DNA from: Eubacteriales bacterium | Lineage (GTDB): Bacteria > Bacillota > Clostridia > Oscillospirales > CAG-382 | Direction of reading: 5' to 3' | Assembly (NCBI GenBank): GCA_045589515.1 | Contig: JAZNPH010000090.1 | Span: forward strand, 5,631-69,630 | DNA length: 64,000 nt | Part shown: one piece after another, positions 9,681 to 17,739 of the stretch | How the letters are laid out: each line of letters starts with the position of its first letter | How positions within the stretch are numbered: the stretch's first letter is position 1 | Translations under genes and position numbers: made by a program | The notes under the pieces: generated by a model | The model's input: only the letters and a program-made list of their open reading frames with translations | Databases searched by the model: none | What the model was told of the DNA's origin: nothing

Positions 9681-10913
9681 GTGAAGGAATTTTCTAAAGC
9701 GCTACTTGACCGTGCGGCGGAATGTGAAAAAGCGTTGGCGGGTACCTTTGCCCGTCTGGAGGAAACTGCCTTTTACAACACCCGCAAGGTGATGGGTGTG
9801 TTTGCGGACAATCAGCTTTCCGAGCGGCATTTCAACGGCACGGTGGGCTACGGCTACAATGACGACGGACGGGATCTTTGCGACAAGCTGTTTGCAGAGT
9901 CCTTCGGGTGCGAGGCGGGGTTTGCCCGCGCCTCCATCATTTCCGGTACCCACGCACTTGCCATTGGCTTGCAGGGGCTGTTGCGCCCGGGAGACGTGAT
10001 GGTCTCCGTGACGGGCAGGCCCTACGACACCCTAAGCGGTGTCATCGGGTTGACCCCTTGCGCCGGGTCTTTGGCAGAGTTCGGGGTGAAGTACGAGCAG
10101 ATTGACATGATCGGCGAATCTACCCTTGATCTCCCCGCTATCAAAGAACGGTTGGACAAGGGAAACGTGAAGATGATCTACGCCCAGCGTTCCAAGGGCT
10201 ATTCCGCCCGCAGGACGTTGACGGCGGCGGAGCTTACCCAATTGGGAGAATTGGTGAAGCAGTATCCCGGCGTGTTCTTCGTGGTGGACAACTGCTACGG
10301 GGAATTCGTGGAGAAGGAAGAGCCCAAGGCTGACCTTCTCATCGGCTCTCTCATCAAAAATCCCGGCGGCGGCATGGCTGAGTCCGGCGGCTACTTAGTG
10401 GGCTCTGCAGAGGCTGTGGAGCTGGCCTCTTACCGTTTGACGGTACCCGGAATCGGGCTGGAGGCAGGGGCTTCCCTGGGAACCACCAAGCAGTTGATCA
10501 AGGGCTTGTTCTACGCGCCCCACACGGTATTGCAGGCCATGAAGACGGCACATTTTGCGGCAGCTATGTTTGAAAGCTTCGGCTATCACTGCAATCCTTC
10601 CGCGTTGGAGGAAAGAAGCGATATCATTCAGACGGTGGACTGCAAGACCAGAGAGCTGCTGTTGGCCTTCTGCGGCGGTATTCAGGCGGGGTCTCCCGTG
10701 GACAGCTACGTCACCCCCGAGGGCTGGGCCATGCCCGGCTACAACGACGAGGTGGTAATGGCGGCAGGTGCTTTCGTACAAGGGGCTTCCATTGAGCTTT
10801 CTGCAGACGCGCCCATTCGGCCTCCCTACCGCGTGTATATGCAGGGCGGTTTGACCTACGAATCCGGCAAGTACGGCATTTTGACCGCGCTGGAAAAGAT
10901 GGGGCACGCATAA
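9681..10913 (+). CDS. PLP-dependent methionine gamma-lyase family / aluminium-resistance (YnbB-like) protein
   Basis: GYGYNDDGRD, SGTHAL, DNCYGEF, GSLIKNPGGG, MAAGAFVQGASIELSAD. Confidence 0.9.
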   Translation: MKEFSKALLDRAAECEKALAGTFARLEETAFYNTRKVMGVFADNQLSERHFNGTVGYGYNDDGRDLCDKLFAESFGCEAGFARASIISGTHALAIGLQGLLRPGDVMVSVTGRPYDTLSGVIGLTPCAGSLAEFGVKYEQIDMIGESTLDLPAIKERLDKGNVKMIYAQRSKGYSARRTLTAAELTQLGELVKQYPGVFFVVDNCYGEFVEKEEPKADLLIGSLIKNPGGGMAESGGYLVGSAEAVELASYRLTVPGIGLEAGASLGTTKQLIKGLFYAPHTVLQAMKTAHFAAAMFESFGYHCNPSALEERSDIIQTVDCKTRELLLAFCGGIQAGSPVDSYVTPEGWAMPGYNDEVVMAAGAFVQGASIELSADAPIRPPYRVYMQGGLTYESGKYGILTALEKMGHA

Positions 10914-10929
10914 AGAATACGAGAGAATG

Positions 10930-11007
10930 TTTAAGGGGTCTTTCTTGAAAGAAAGGCCCCTTAAAAATCCCCAAAGAACTTGAAATGTCGAAAGCTGTCG
11001 CTTTCGG
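10930..11007 (+). repeat. Dispersed two-hairpin element, copy B
   Basis: TTTAAGGGGTCTTTC-loop-GAAAGGCCCCTTAAA, linker CCCCAAAGAAC, then CGAAAGC-TGTC-GCTTTCG. Confidence 0.7.
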
Positions 11008-11014
11008 GAAAAGG

Positions 11015-11049
11015 AAAAGCCGATACGGAATGATCCGTATCGGCCTTTT
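11015..11049. terminator. Probable bidirectional terminator between convergent genes
   Basis: AAAAGCCGATACGGA-ATGA-TCCGTATCGGCCTTTT. Confidence 0.7.
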
Positions 11050-11062
11050 GATTATGGGAGAA

Positions 11063-14000
11063 TTACTTCTTGCGCTTGATGAGGATGATTACCACCACAG
11101 CGGCAACCACGACTACCACTACCACGATCAGAATGATGGGCAGAGCGGAGCTTTCGTCTTCAGCGGGAGCGGAAGATTCCGCAGGAGTGGAAGTTGCGGG
11201 AGTAGAGGTAACTTCCTCAGAGGATTCCTCAGGCTCTTCGGAGGACTCGTCGGGTTCTTCGGAGGACTCGTCGGAGGGAGTGGAGGATTCCTCGGGATCC
11301 TCGGAAGGAGGATCAACGGGATCGTCTGCGGGAATCACAGCCTTTACTGCTTCCATATCGCCGATGATCTCGAAAACGTCGCCCTTCTTGACGGACATAG
11401 CGACTACCTTGCCCATCCAGTTGGAGTAAGCGGGGTTATCGTCGTTGGAGGCAGAGGAGTGAACAACCAGAGCGATCTGATTCTCGCCGATGGTAATGGC
11501 GTCGGCGTTGCCGGGAGTTACAATAGCGTTCTGCAAAGCCACGTAGGTGCCGTCCTCCTGCTTCTCCAGGAAGATGGTGATAGCCCAGTTGGGGTTACAA
11601 GCCTTATAGGCCTCGTCGGTGGTGCAAACGGTGATATCCTCGCCAACAATCTTGCCGTCCACGTAGTTCAGGATCCATGCGTAACCGTAGGGAACGTCCG
11701 CGGTATAGTTGCCATCAGCGCCCTTCTCTGCGGTACCGATCCAATCGGCGGTGGGATCTACGGGCTCTACGGGATCGTCGGAAGGAGGATCCACGGGATC
11801 ATCGGAGGGAGGATCTACAGGATCATCGGAGGGAGGATCCACGGGATCGTCGGGGATATCCACAGGTTCGCCCACGGTGAAGCCTGCATTGGTCAGCTTC
11901 ATGTTGCCTTCCAGACCGCGGAATACGTCCACGTCCAGATTGATCAGGGTCACCTGCTGGCCAACCTGAACCTTCTTCAGATCGGCGTAACCGGTCTTGT
12001 TGCCGTTGTAGGAGATGATGTAGCCGCCTTCGGGGCAGACCACGTCGGACTTTGCAACCGCAAGCTCGCACCAGGACTGAATGACGATGCCCTTGCCGTC
12101 TACGACGATGATGTAGGCGTAGTTCATGTCTCTGGAGGTGCCGTTGTTGCCCAGAGCGGTCAGCTCTGCAACGGTCATGTTGTCGCCTGCCACGATGGAG
12201 AATTCACCTGCGTGCTTATAGCCTGCATAGTCCAGACCGAATGCGCCGGAGGGCAGTGCCGCGGGCTTTTCGGGCTGTACGGGAAGCTTGTAGGAAACGA
12301 TTTCGTCATAGCCGCAGGAACACGCCATCTTCTTGGTACCGGGGGTAGAGAAGGTAGCCTTGACGATGATCTCCTCGTCATAGGAGTGGGTATGCTTGGA
12401 AGCATCGGAAACGGTAATACCGGTGAGGGCCACGAATTCCCAGTTCACCTTACCGTCTGCAGGAGAGGAGCCCAGAACGGGTCTGCTGCTGCCGGAGTAG
12501 AACTTAAACTGCACGTACTTAGCCTCGACCTCGTCAAAGACGAAGACGCTCTTTACGGTGCCATAGTTGTCGGTCTTCATTTCGGCTTCCTTCAGCTCGA
12601 AGGTGCCAACCTCGGTGTAGGTCTTACCGTCCTTGGAAACCAGAACGGTCACGTCGCCCTCGGGGTAGCCGATCATTACGCCTGCGCAGTGGTAGAAGCC
12701 AAGCGCCGCGCCGTTGATCTTCTTGGTGCCGCCCAGAGCCAGATCCACGGTAACGTCCATACCGGTATGGGTGCAGTTGGGGTTCTGGATGAGAGTGATC
12801 TTATCGGTGCCGTCGCCCCAATTCTTATTGATCACGGGGACGTCCTTGGTGTTCACGTCGTCCTTGTCCAAGGAAACCTCGGGAACAACGTAGTTGGGTG
12901 CGATCTCGTGGCGGATAACCTCGATCTCGCTCCAGAAGAAGAAGCTGATACGCTTGGGAGTGATACGGACGTAGCGCGCCTTCACGCCCTTCTCCAGCTC
13001 CAGAGACAGGGTATAAGCAGAGCCCTCTTCCTTACGGGTCAGTCCTTCGGGATCGGGGAAATCACCCACGTCGGTGAAGGTCTTGCCGTCCTCGGAAACA
13101 GCCACGGTGATCTTGGAAGGAACGTTGATGCCCCAGGAGGTCAGCTGCAGGGCGTGGATCTTGAACAGGGTGATGTCGTCGTAGACCTCGCCCAGGTCGA
13201 TGGTGAATACGTTGTCGCTGTTCCAGCCGGCCCAAGCGGGATCGTATGCGCTGGAGGCGGATCCGTAGAAACCGTCGGTCATTTCGGAATTGTCGATATC
13301 TACGTAGGTGGGGTTGGATGCCTTGCTGGAGGTATATTTCTTACCGAGAGCCAGGTTGTTCTCGTAAGGACCGTTGGAGCTGAGGGCGCTGCGGAGAGCG
13401 GTGCCCACCTTTTCCATCTCTTCCAGAGTGGGGTCACCCTTCAGGAGGGCGTCCGCTTCCTTCTTGAGAGCCTGGATGGAGTTCCAAACGGTAATGGCGT
13501 AGTCGTCCTTGACTGCAGTCTTGGCATCAGCTGCCGCAGCGGTGAGAACCGCCTCTGCGGTTGCAACGCTCTGCAGTGCGCAGTATGCACGGTAGAAGTC
13601 GCCGGTGACGGCGGTCTTGCTCTTCAGGACTTCCTTTGCTTCAGCAACGGCGGTCTTGTACGCCTTACCGGTCTTGCTTTCGAATTCGGAGGTCAAAGTC
13701 TGCAGCTCGGTCTTACCCTTCTGCAGAGCAGGGCTGGAACGCTTAACAATGAGCAAGCAGTCTGCGATGGAACGGCCGGAATACTGCTTGAAGCCTGCCT
13801 CGCCGGTACCGTCGTCGCAAACGTACATACCGGAGGATCCGCCGCCGTCCAGACGGAGAACGTCCACACAGCCCATCTCCATCATTGCCTTGGCAACGTC
13901 CTGGAGGGTCACGGAGCCGTCGGAGCCGGTGGAAGCACCCTCGGTGGTGAAGAAGACGTAAGAGCCGTCTGCCTTGATACCGAATGCGGTCCAACGAGCC

Positions 14001-15070
14001 TTGGTCTTGTTATCGTGAGCTGCGCCGCTGTTGAAGGAGGCGCTGGTGGTCAGGTTCTTGCCGTCCTTTACCAGATAGCCGCAGATGCCGATAACGGAGT
14101 CTGCCTCGGAGGTAACGCCGGAAGCCTTACTGCCCAGCTCGGTAGCGGTAACGTCGATGGGATCCCCTGCCGCCAAGCCCTTCACGTAGGAAACGTTGGG
14201 AGAGCCTTCTTTAACGAACAGGATGAATTCATCCTCCGCAAGCTTGGTGCGGTAAGCATTGTTGGAAACGGAGATGACCTCACCTCTCAGAGTGCTGTCA
14301 ACGGAAAGACGGGAGCCGTCTACCTTGCGGCAGAGCACCTGATAGCCGGGGATGTTCTCGAAGGTCAGCGCCTGGGAAACCATCTCGCCGTAGACCTTAC
14401 CGGTGCTGTCGGCGGAGGTGTCGTAATACAGGTCACCGGAGTGGGTATCGAAATAGTAGAAGCCGTTGCCCCAGTTGTCGGGGTTGAATCTGCCGCCGTA
14501 CTTGTTCACGTGACCCAAGCCGCCGGGAACGGACTGACCGTTGATGTACAGGCCGAAGGACAGGCAGGAATCCGCCACGTTGACAAAGGTGCCGTCGGAC
14601 ATAAAGGCCACAGCGCCGCCGAACTCGGAAGCGGTATTGCCGTTATCTGCAGAGTAGATCTCGCCGCCGGAGATCAGATACTCGTTCAGGTAACCGTAGT
14701 TACCGTGGCCGGAGGTATCCATGGAGAAGAAGGAGCCGTTGATGGCGCCCACTACCTCATATCCGTCCTCGGTGGCCAGACGGTACTGGTTGGCCAGATA
14801 AGCCGCACCGCCTGCGGCACCGCCGTAAGCAACCACCATGTAATCGTCGGTGTTAAATTCCAGAGCGGATGCGGAAACGTAAACGTTTTCGTAGATACCG
14901 CTGGAGAGGGTGTACTCGCTGTAGAAAACGCCGTCGGTAACCTCGTAAGCCTTGGAGGAATCTTCCTTAAAGGAATATTCCGCAGCCGCAGAGGTGAGCA
15001 GACCGCCAAAGGCGGGCATAACCATCAGCGCAATCAGCAGGAAGCACAGAACTTTCTTTGTGCATTTCAT
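11063..15070 (-). CDS. Secreted, C-terminally membrane-anchored phosphodiester glycosidase (NAGPA/DUF2233-like) with two discoidin (F5/8)-like modules, a Cys/His module, two uncharacterised modules and Pro/Asp/Ser/Glu linkers
   Basis: Signal peptide from MKCTKK; GAINGSFF, ARWTAFGI and LRLDGGGSSGM motifs; NLALGKKY...MTDG...IDLG...ARYVRI discoidin pattern; poly-Val TM helix followed by KRKK. Confidence 0.85.
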   Translation of the reverse strand: MKCTKKVLCFLLIALMVMPAFGGLLTSAAAEYSFKEDSSKAYEVTDGVFYSEYTLSSGIYENVYVSASALEFNTDDYMVVAYGGAAGGAAYLANQYRLATEDGYEVVGAINGSFFSMDTSGHGNYGYLNEYLISGGEIYSADNGNTASEFGGAVAFMSDGTFVNVADSCLSFGLYINGQSVPGGLGHVNKYGGRFNPDNWGNGFYYFDTHSGDLYYDTSADSTGKVYGEMVSQALTFENIPGYQVLCRKVDGSRLSVDSTLRGEVISVSNNAYRTKLAEDEFILFVKEGSPNVSYVKGLAAGDPIDVTATELGSKASGVTSEADSVIGICGYLVKDGKNLTTSASFNSGAAHDNKTKARWTAFGIKADGSYVFFTTEGASTGSDGSVTLQDVAKAMMEMGCVDVLRLDGGGSSGMYVCDDGTGEAGFKQYSGRSIADCLLIVKRSSPALQKGKTELQTLTSEFESKTGKAYKTAVAEAKEVLKSKTAVTGDFYRAYCALQSVATAEAVLTAAAADAKTAVKDDYAITVWNSIQALKKEADALLKGDPTLEEMEKVGTALRSALSSNGPYENNLALGKKYTSSKASNPTYVDIDNSEMTDGFYGSASSAYDPAWAGWNSDNVFTIDLGEVYDDITLFKIHALQLTSWGINVPSKITVAVSEDGKTFTDVGDFPDPEGLTRKEEGSAYTLSLELEKGVKARYVRITPKRISFFFWSEIEVIRHEIAPNYVVPEVSLDKDDVNTKDVPVINKNWGDGTDKITLIQNPNCTHTGMDVTVDLALGGTKKINGAALGFYHCAGVMIGYPEGDVTVLVSKDGKTYTEVGTFELKEAEMKTDNYGTVKSVFVFDEVEAKYVQFKFYSGSSRPVLGSSPADGKVNWEFVALTGITVSDASKHTHSYDEEIIVKATFSTPGTKKMACSCGYDEIVSYKLPVQPEKPAALPSGAFGLDYAGYKHAGEFSIVAGDNMTVAELTALGNNGTSRDMNYAYIIVVDGKGIVIQSWCELAVAKSDVVCPEGGYIISYNGNKTGYADLKKVQVGQQVTLINLDVDVFRGLEGNMKLTNAGFTVGEPVDIPDDPVDPPSDDPVDPPSDDPVDPPSDDPVEPVDPTADWIGTAEKGADGNYTADVPYGYAWILNYVDGKIVGEDITVCTTDEAYKACNPNWAITIFLEKQEDGTYVALQNAIVTPGNADAITIGENQIALVVHSSASNDDNPAYSNWMGKVVAMSVKKGDVFEIIGDMEAVKAVIPADDPVDPPSEDPEESSTPSDESSEEPDESSEEPEESSEEVTSTPATSTPAESSAPAEDESSALPIILIVVVVVVVAAVVVIILIKRKK
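11771..11863 (-). repeat. Coding tandem repeat, 24-bp unit encoding (DPVDPPSD)n
   Basis: About four imperfect copies of GGGATCRTCGGARGGAGGATCYAC inside the 11063-15070 CDS. Confidence 0.9.
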
Positions 15071-15271
15071 AAGAAAATCTCCTTTTTTGCGTTTCTTATT
15101 TATGCTTTTATGATACTCCATTTCCGACAAAAAGTCAACAGAAATCCCAACGGCAAAATGAACTAAAAAACTCTCTCAAATTTGTATAAATGTTTGCATT
15201 GGCTTCATAATTTATTAGTATTTCGTTTGGTATGATATGGTAGACGTTTATCGCAAAGGAGATTGATCAAT

Positions 15272-15688
15272 ATGTTTCGAAGCAGACCTCCCTTCCGTCA
15301 GCGGCTTGCGGGCTTTCTGATGGGAAGAAACGGACCGGATACCATTTACAACGTATGCATCTGGTCTTCCCTGGTTCTTGCCGTTTTGGGAATGTTCTGG
15401 GACAGTCTCATCTGTACCCTGCTGTACGCGGGCTTATTCGGATATGCGCTGTTCCGTTTCTTCTCCCGCAACGTGGCAAAGAGACGGGCGGAGAACCAAG
15501 CCTTCCGCAATTTCTTCGGAAAATTCCGCAGGAATTCTCAAATGCGCAAGAGACAGAAGGCGGATAAAGATCACGTTTACAAGAAGTGTCCTTTGTGCAA
15601 CGCACAGCTTCGTCTGCCCTATTCCAAGGGGGAGCACACGGTACGCTGTCCTCGCTGCAAAGGGGAATTTTCTGTCAAAATCCGATAA
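15272..15688 (+). CDS. Small membrane protein with C-terminal zinc ribbon
   Basis: GRNGPD motif, two TM segments, CPLC...LRLP...CPRC; AAAGGAG RBS. Confidence 0.85.
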   Translation: MFRSRPPFRQRLAGFLMGRNGPDTIYNVCIWSSLVLAVLGMFWDSLICTLLYAGLFGYALFRFFSRNVAKRRAENQAFRNFFGKFRRNSQMRKRQKADKDHVYKKCPLCNAQLRLPYSKGEHTVRCPRCKGEFSVKIR

Positions 15689-15730
15689 AAGCCGTACCCA
15701 TCGCCCCCAAAACTTTATCGGGGCGTACTA

Positions 15731-15759
15731 TTGACAAACAGCGGTTTTTTTGGTAATAT
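15731..15759 (+). promoter_or_regulatory. Sigma-70 promoter of the DAK2 gene
   Basis: TTGACA-N17-TAATAT. Confidence 0.65.
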
Positions 15760-15878
15760 ATTGGGTGTATGTATACTCGCATACTGTGTGCCGTCCCGGC
15801 ACCAATCATGATTCTTTGCACCGCGGAAGGTGGTTTCGGGGTGTAAAATGAAGATCAAGAAAGGAACCCGATATACGT

Positions 15879-17519
15879 ATGAATGAAGTAGCGAACGTTC
15901 CTACCGTGATCAGCGGAGCCGAATACGCGGGCATGGTCCGCTCCGGTGCAAACGCTTTGACCAATCAGAAGGATCTGATCAACCGGTTGAACGTATACCC
16001 CGTTCCCGACGGAGACACCGGCAGTAACATGAGCATGACCATGAAGCCCGCCGGAGATCTGAACGGGTTTACGGGCAGTCTTTCCGAATGCGCCGACAAG
16101 GCGGCAAGTCTTTTCTTGCGTGCCGCACGAGGCAATTCCGGTGTTATTCTTTCGCTGTTTTTCCGCGGTTTGGCAAAGGGGTTTAAAGGGGTACCGGAGG
16201 CAGGCGTTCCCGAAGTGGTGACTGCATTCCAAAAAGGTGTTAAAGAGGCTTACAAAGCGGTGCAGTATCCCAGAGAGGGTACCATCCTCACCGTCATGAG
16301 AAGCTGTACGGAAATTGAAACCGAAGGGCTGGATCTGTTGGGGCTGTTCGACCGTATGTACGACGTGGCGGCAGACACCCTGGAGAAGACCCCCGATATG
16401 CTTCCCGTTCTGAAGCAGGCAGGCGTGGTTGACTCCGGCGGACGGGGCTTTTTGGAGATCCTGGGCGGTATGCGCGCTTATTTGTTGGGTTCCCCTGTGG
16501 AATCTACCGGGAAGACCGAGACTAAGGCAAGTGCGGATTTTGCAAGCTTCGATACCGAAAGCATCGAAAATCCTTACTGTACCGAGTGTATCGTCACTAA
16601 GAGCAAGGAATTCAGCCGTGAGGGCAGTGTGGAAAAGTTCCGCAAGTTCGTGCTCTCCATGGGCGACTCCGTGGTCTTTGCGGAGGACAGCGAGATCATC
16701 AAGATCCACGTCCACACCAAGGATCCCGGCAGAGTGCTTTCCGAAGCCCTGAAATACGGCTCTCTCTATACCGTCAAGGTAGAGAATATGAGAAATCAGC
16801 ACAGCGAGCTCATCGAGTCTCAGCCTGCCGAAGAGGAACAGGCACCCGCTGTGGCTACTCCCGAGGAGGAATACGGGTTCGTTGCCGTCACCATGGGGGA
16901 CGGCATGAAGGGCGTATTTGCGGATCTGGGCGTTACAAGCTTTGTCAGCGGCGGCCAGACCATGAATCCTTCCACCGATCAGCTGGTGGAGGCGGTTCTG
17001 CAGACCCCTGCAAAGAACGTGTTCATCTTCCCCAATAACTCCAACATCTGTTTGGTGGCGGAGCAGGTCTATAAGTTCGTGGAGGACAGAAACGTATTCG
17101 TCATCCCCACCAAGAGCGTGCCTCAAGGGATCACCGCTCTGATGCAGTTTGATCCCGATGCTCCCGCAGAGGATAATAAGCAGGCGATGTTGGAGGCGCT
17201 GAAGTCTGTGAAGACTTTGGACATGACCTACGCGGCTCACGATTCCACCGTGGACGGCGAGGCTGTGACCTGCGGACAGATCCTTGGTCTGGTGGAGCAT
17301 AAGGTTCGCTACGTTGCGGACAGCAGAACGGAATGTCTTGAGAAAATGCTTCCCGAGCTGGACGGAGCGTCCTTCATCACCGTTTTCTACGGCAGCGACG
17401 TGGAAGAAGAGGAAGCAAACGAAACCCTTGCATTCCTGCAAAGCAAGGCTCCCGAGGCGGAGATTGCATTGCTTTCCGGCGGACAGCCGTTGTATTACTA
17501 CGTGATCTCTGTTGAATAA
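15879..17519 (+). CDS. fakA: DAK2-domain fatty acid kinase catalytic subunit (FakA/YloV family)
   Basis: LNVYPVPDGDTGSNM, ARGNSGVILS, VDSGG, YCTE, GGQTMNPS, C-terminal GGQPLYYYVISVE. Confidence 0.92.
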   Translation: MNEVANVPTVISGAEYAGMVRSGANALTNQKDLINRLNVYPVPDGDTGSNMSMTMKPAGDLNGFTGSLSECADKAASLFLRAARGNSGVILSLFFRGLAKGFKGVPEAGVPEVVTAFQKGVKEAYKAVQYPREGTILTVMRSCTEIETEGLDLLGLFDRMYDVAADTLEKTPDMLPVLKQAGVVDSGGRGFLEILGGMRAYLLGSPVESTGKTETKASADFASFDTESIENPYCTECIVTKSKEFSREGSVEKFRKFVLSMGDSVVFAEDSEIIKIHVHTKDPGRVLSEALKYGSLYTVKVENMRNQHSELIESQPAEEEQAPAVATPEEEYGFVAVTMGDGMKGVFADLGVTSFVSGGQTMNPSTDQLVEAVLQTPAKNVFIFPNNSNICLVAEQVYKFVEDRNVFVIPTKSVPQGITALMQFDPDAPAEDNKQAMLEALKSVKTLDMTYAAHDSTVDGEAVTCGQILGLVEHKVRYVADSRTECLEKMLPELDGASFITVFYGSDVEEEEANETLAFLQSKAPEAEIALLSGGQPLYYYVISVE

Positions 17520-17524
17520 GAGGA

Positions 17525-17560
17525 AAAAGGGCACTACCGCGATAGCGGAGGTGTCCTTTT
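17525..17560 (+). terminator. Intrinsic terminator after fakA
   Basis: AAAAGGGCACTACCGC-GATA-GCGGAGGTGTCCTTTT. Confidence 0.65.
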
Positions 17561-17739
17561 GCCATTCACAATCTTTCCTTGTATTTTTCACGGGAAAGAG
17601 GTAGAATGATTGTATGCTTTTTTGACCTTTGAGGAAAAAGTTTGAAAAATCGATCCTTTTTCAAACATGGTTTTGCGGCTTCGCTCACAAAATCGTTATC
17701 GCCCGCCGGGGGCGGGCTACGAAAGGAATGTCCATAACT

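Noticed and set aside
11160-11863. Short 21-24-bp repeats as a possible CRISPR array
   Set aside because: In-frame, degenerate at third positions, no unique spacers, no cas genes; they encode Pro/Asp/Ser/Glu linkers.
10985-15166. 1393-aa plus-strand ORF
   Set aside because: Antisense shadow of the minus-strand surface protein, which has the signal peptide, motifs and RBS; strong codon bias removes antisense stops.
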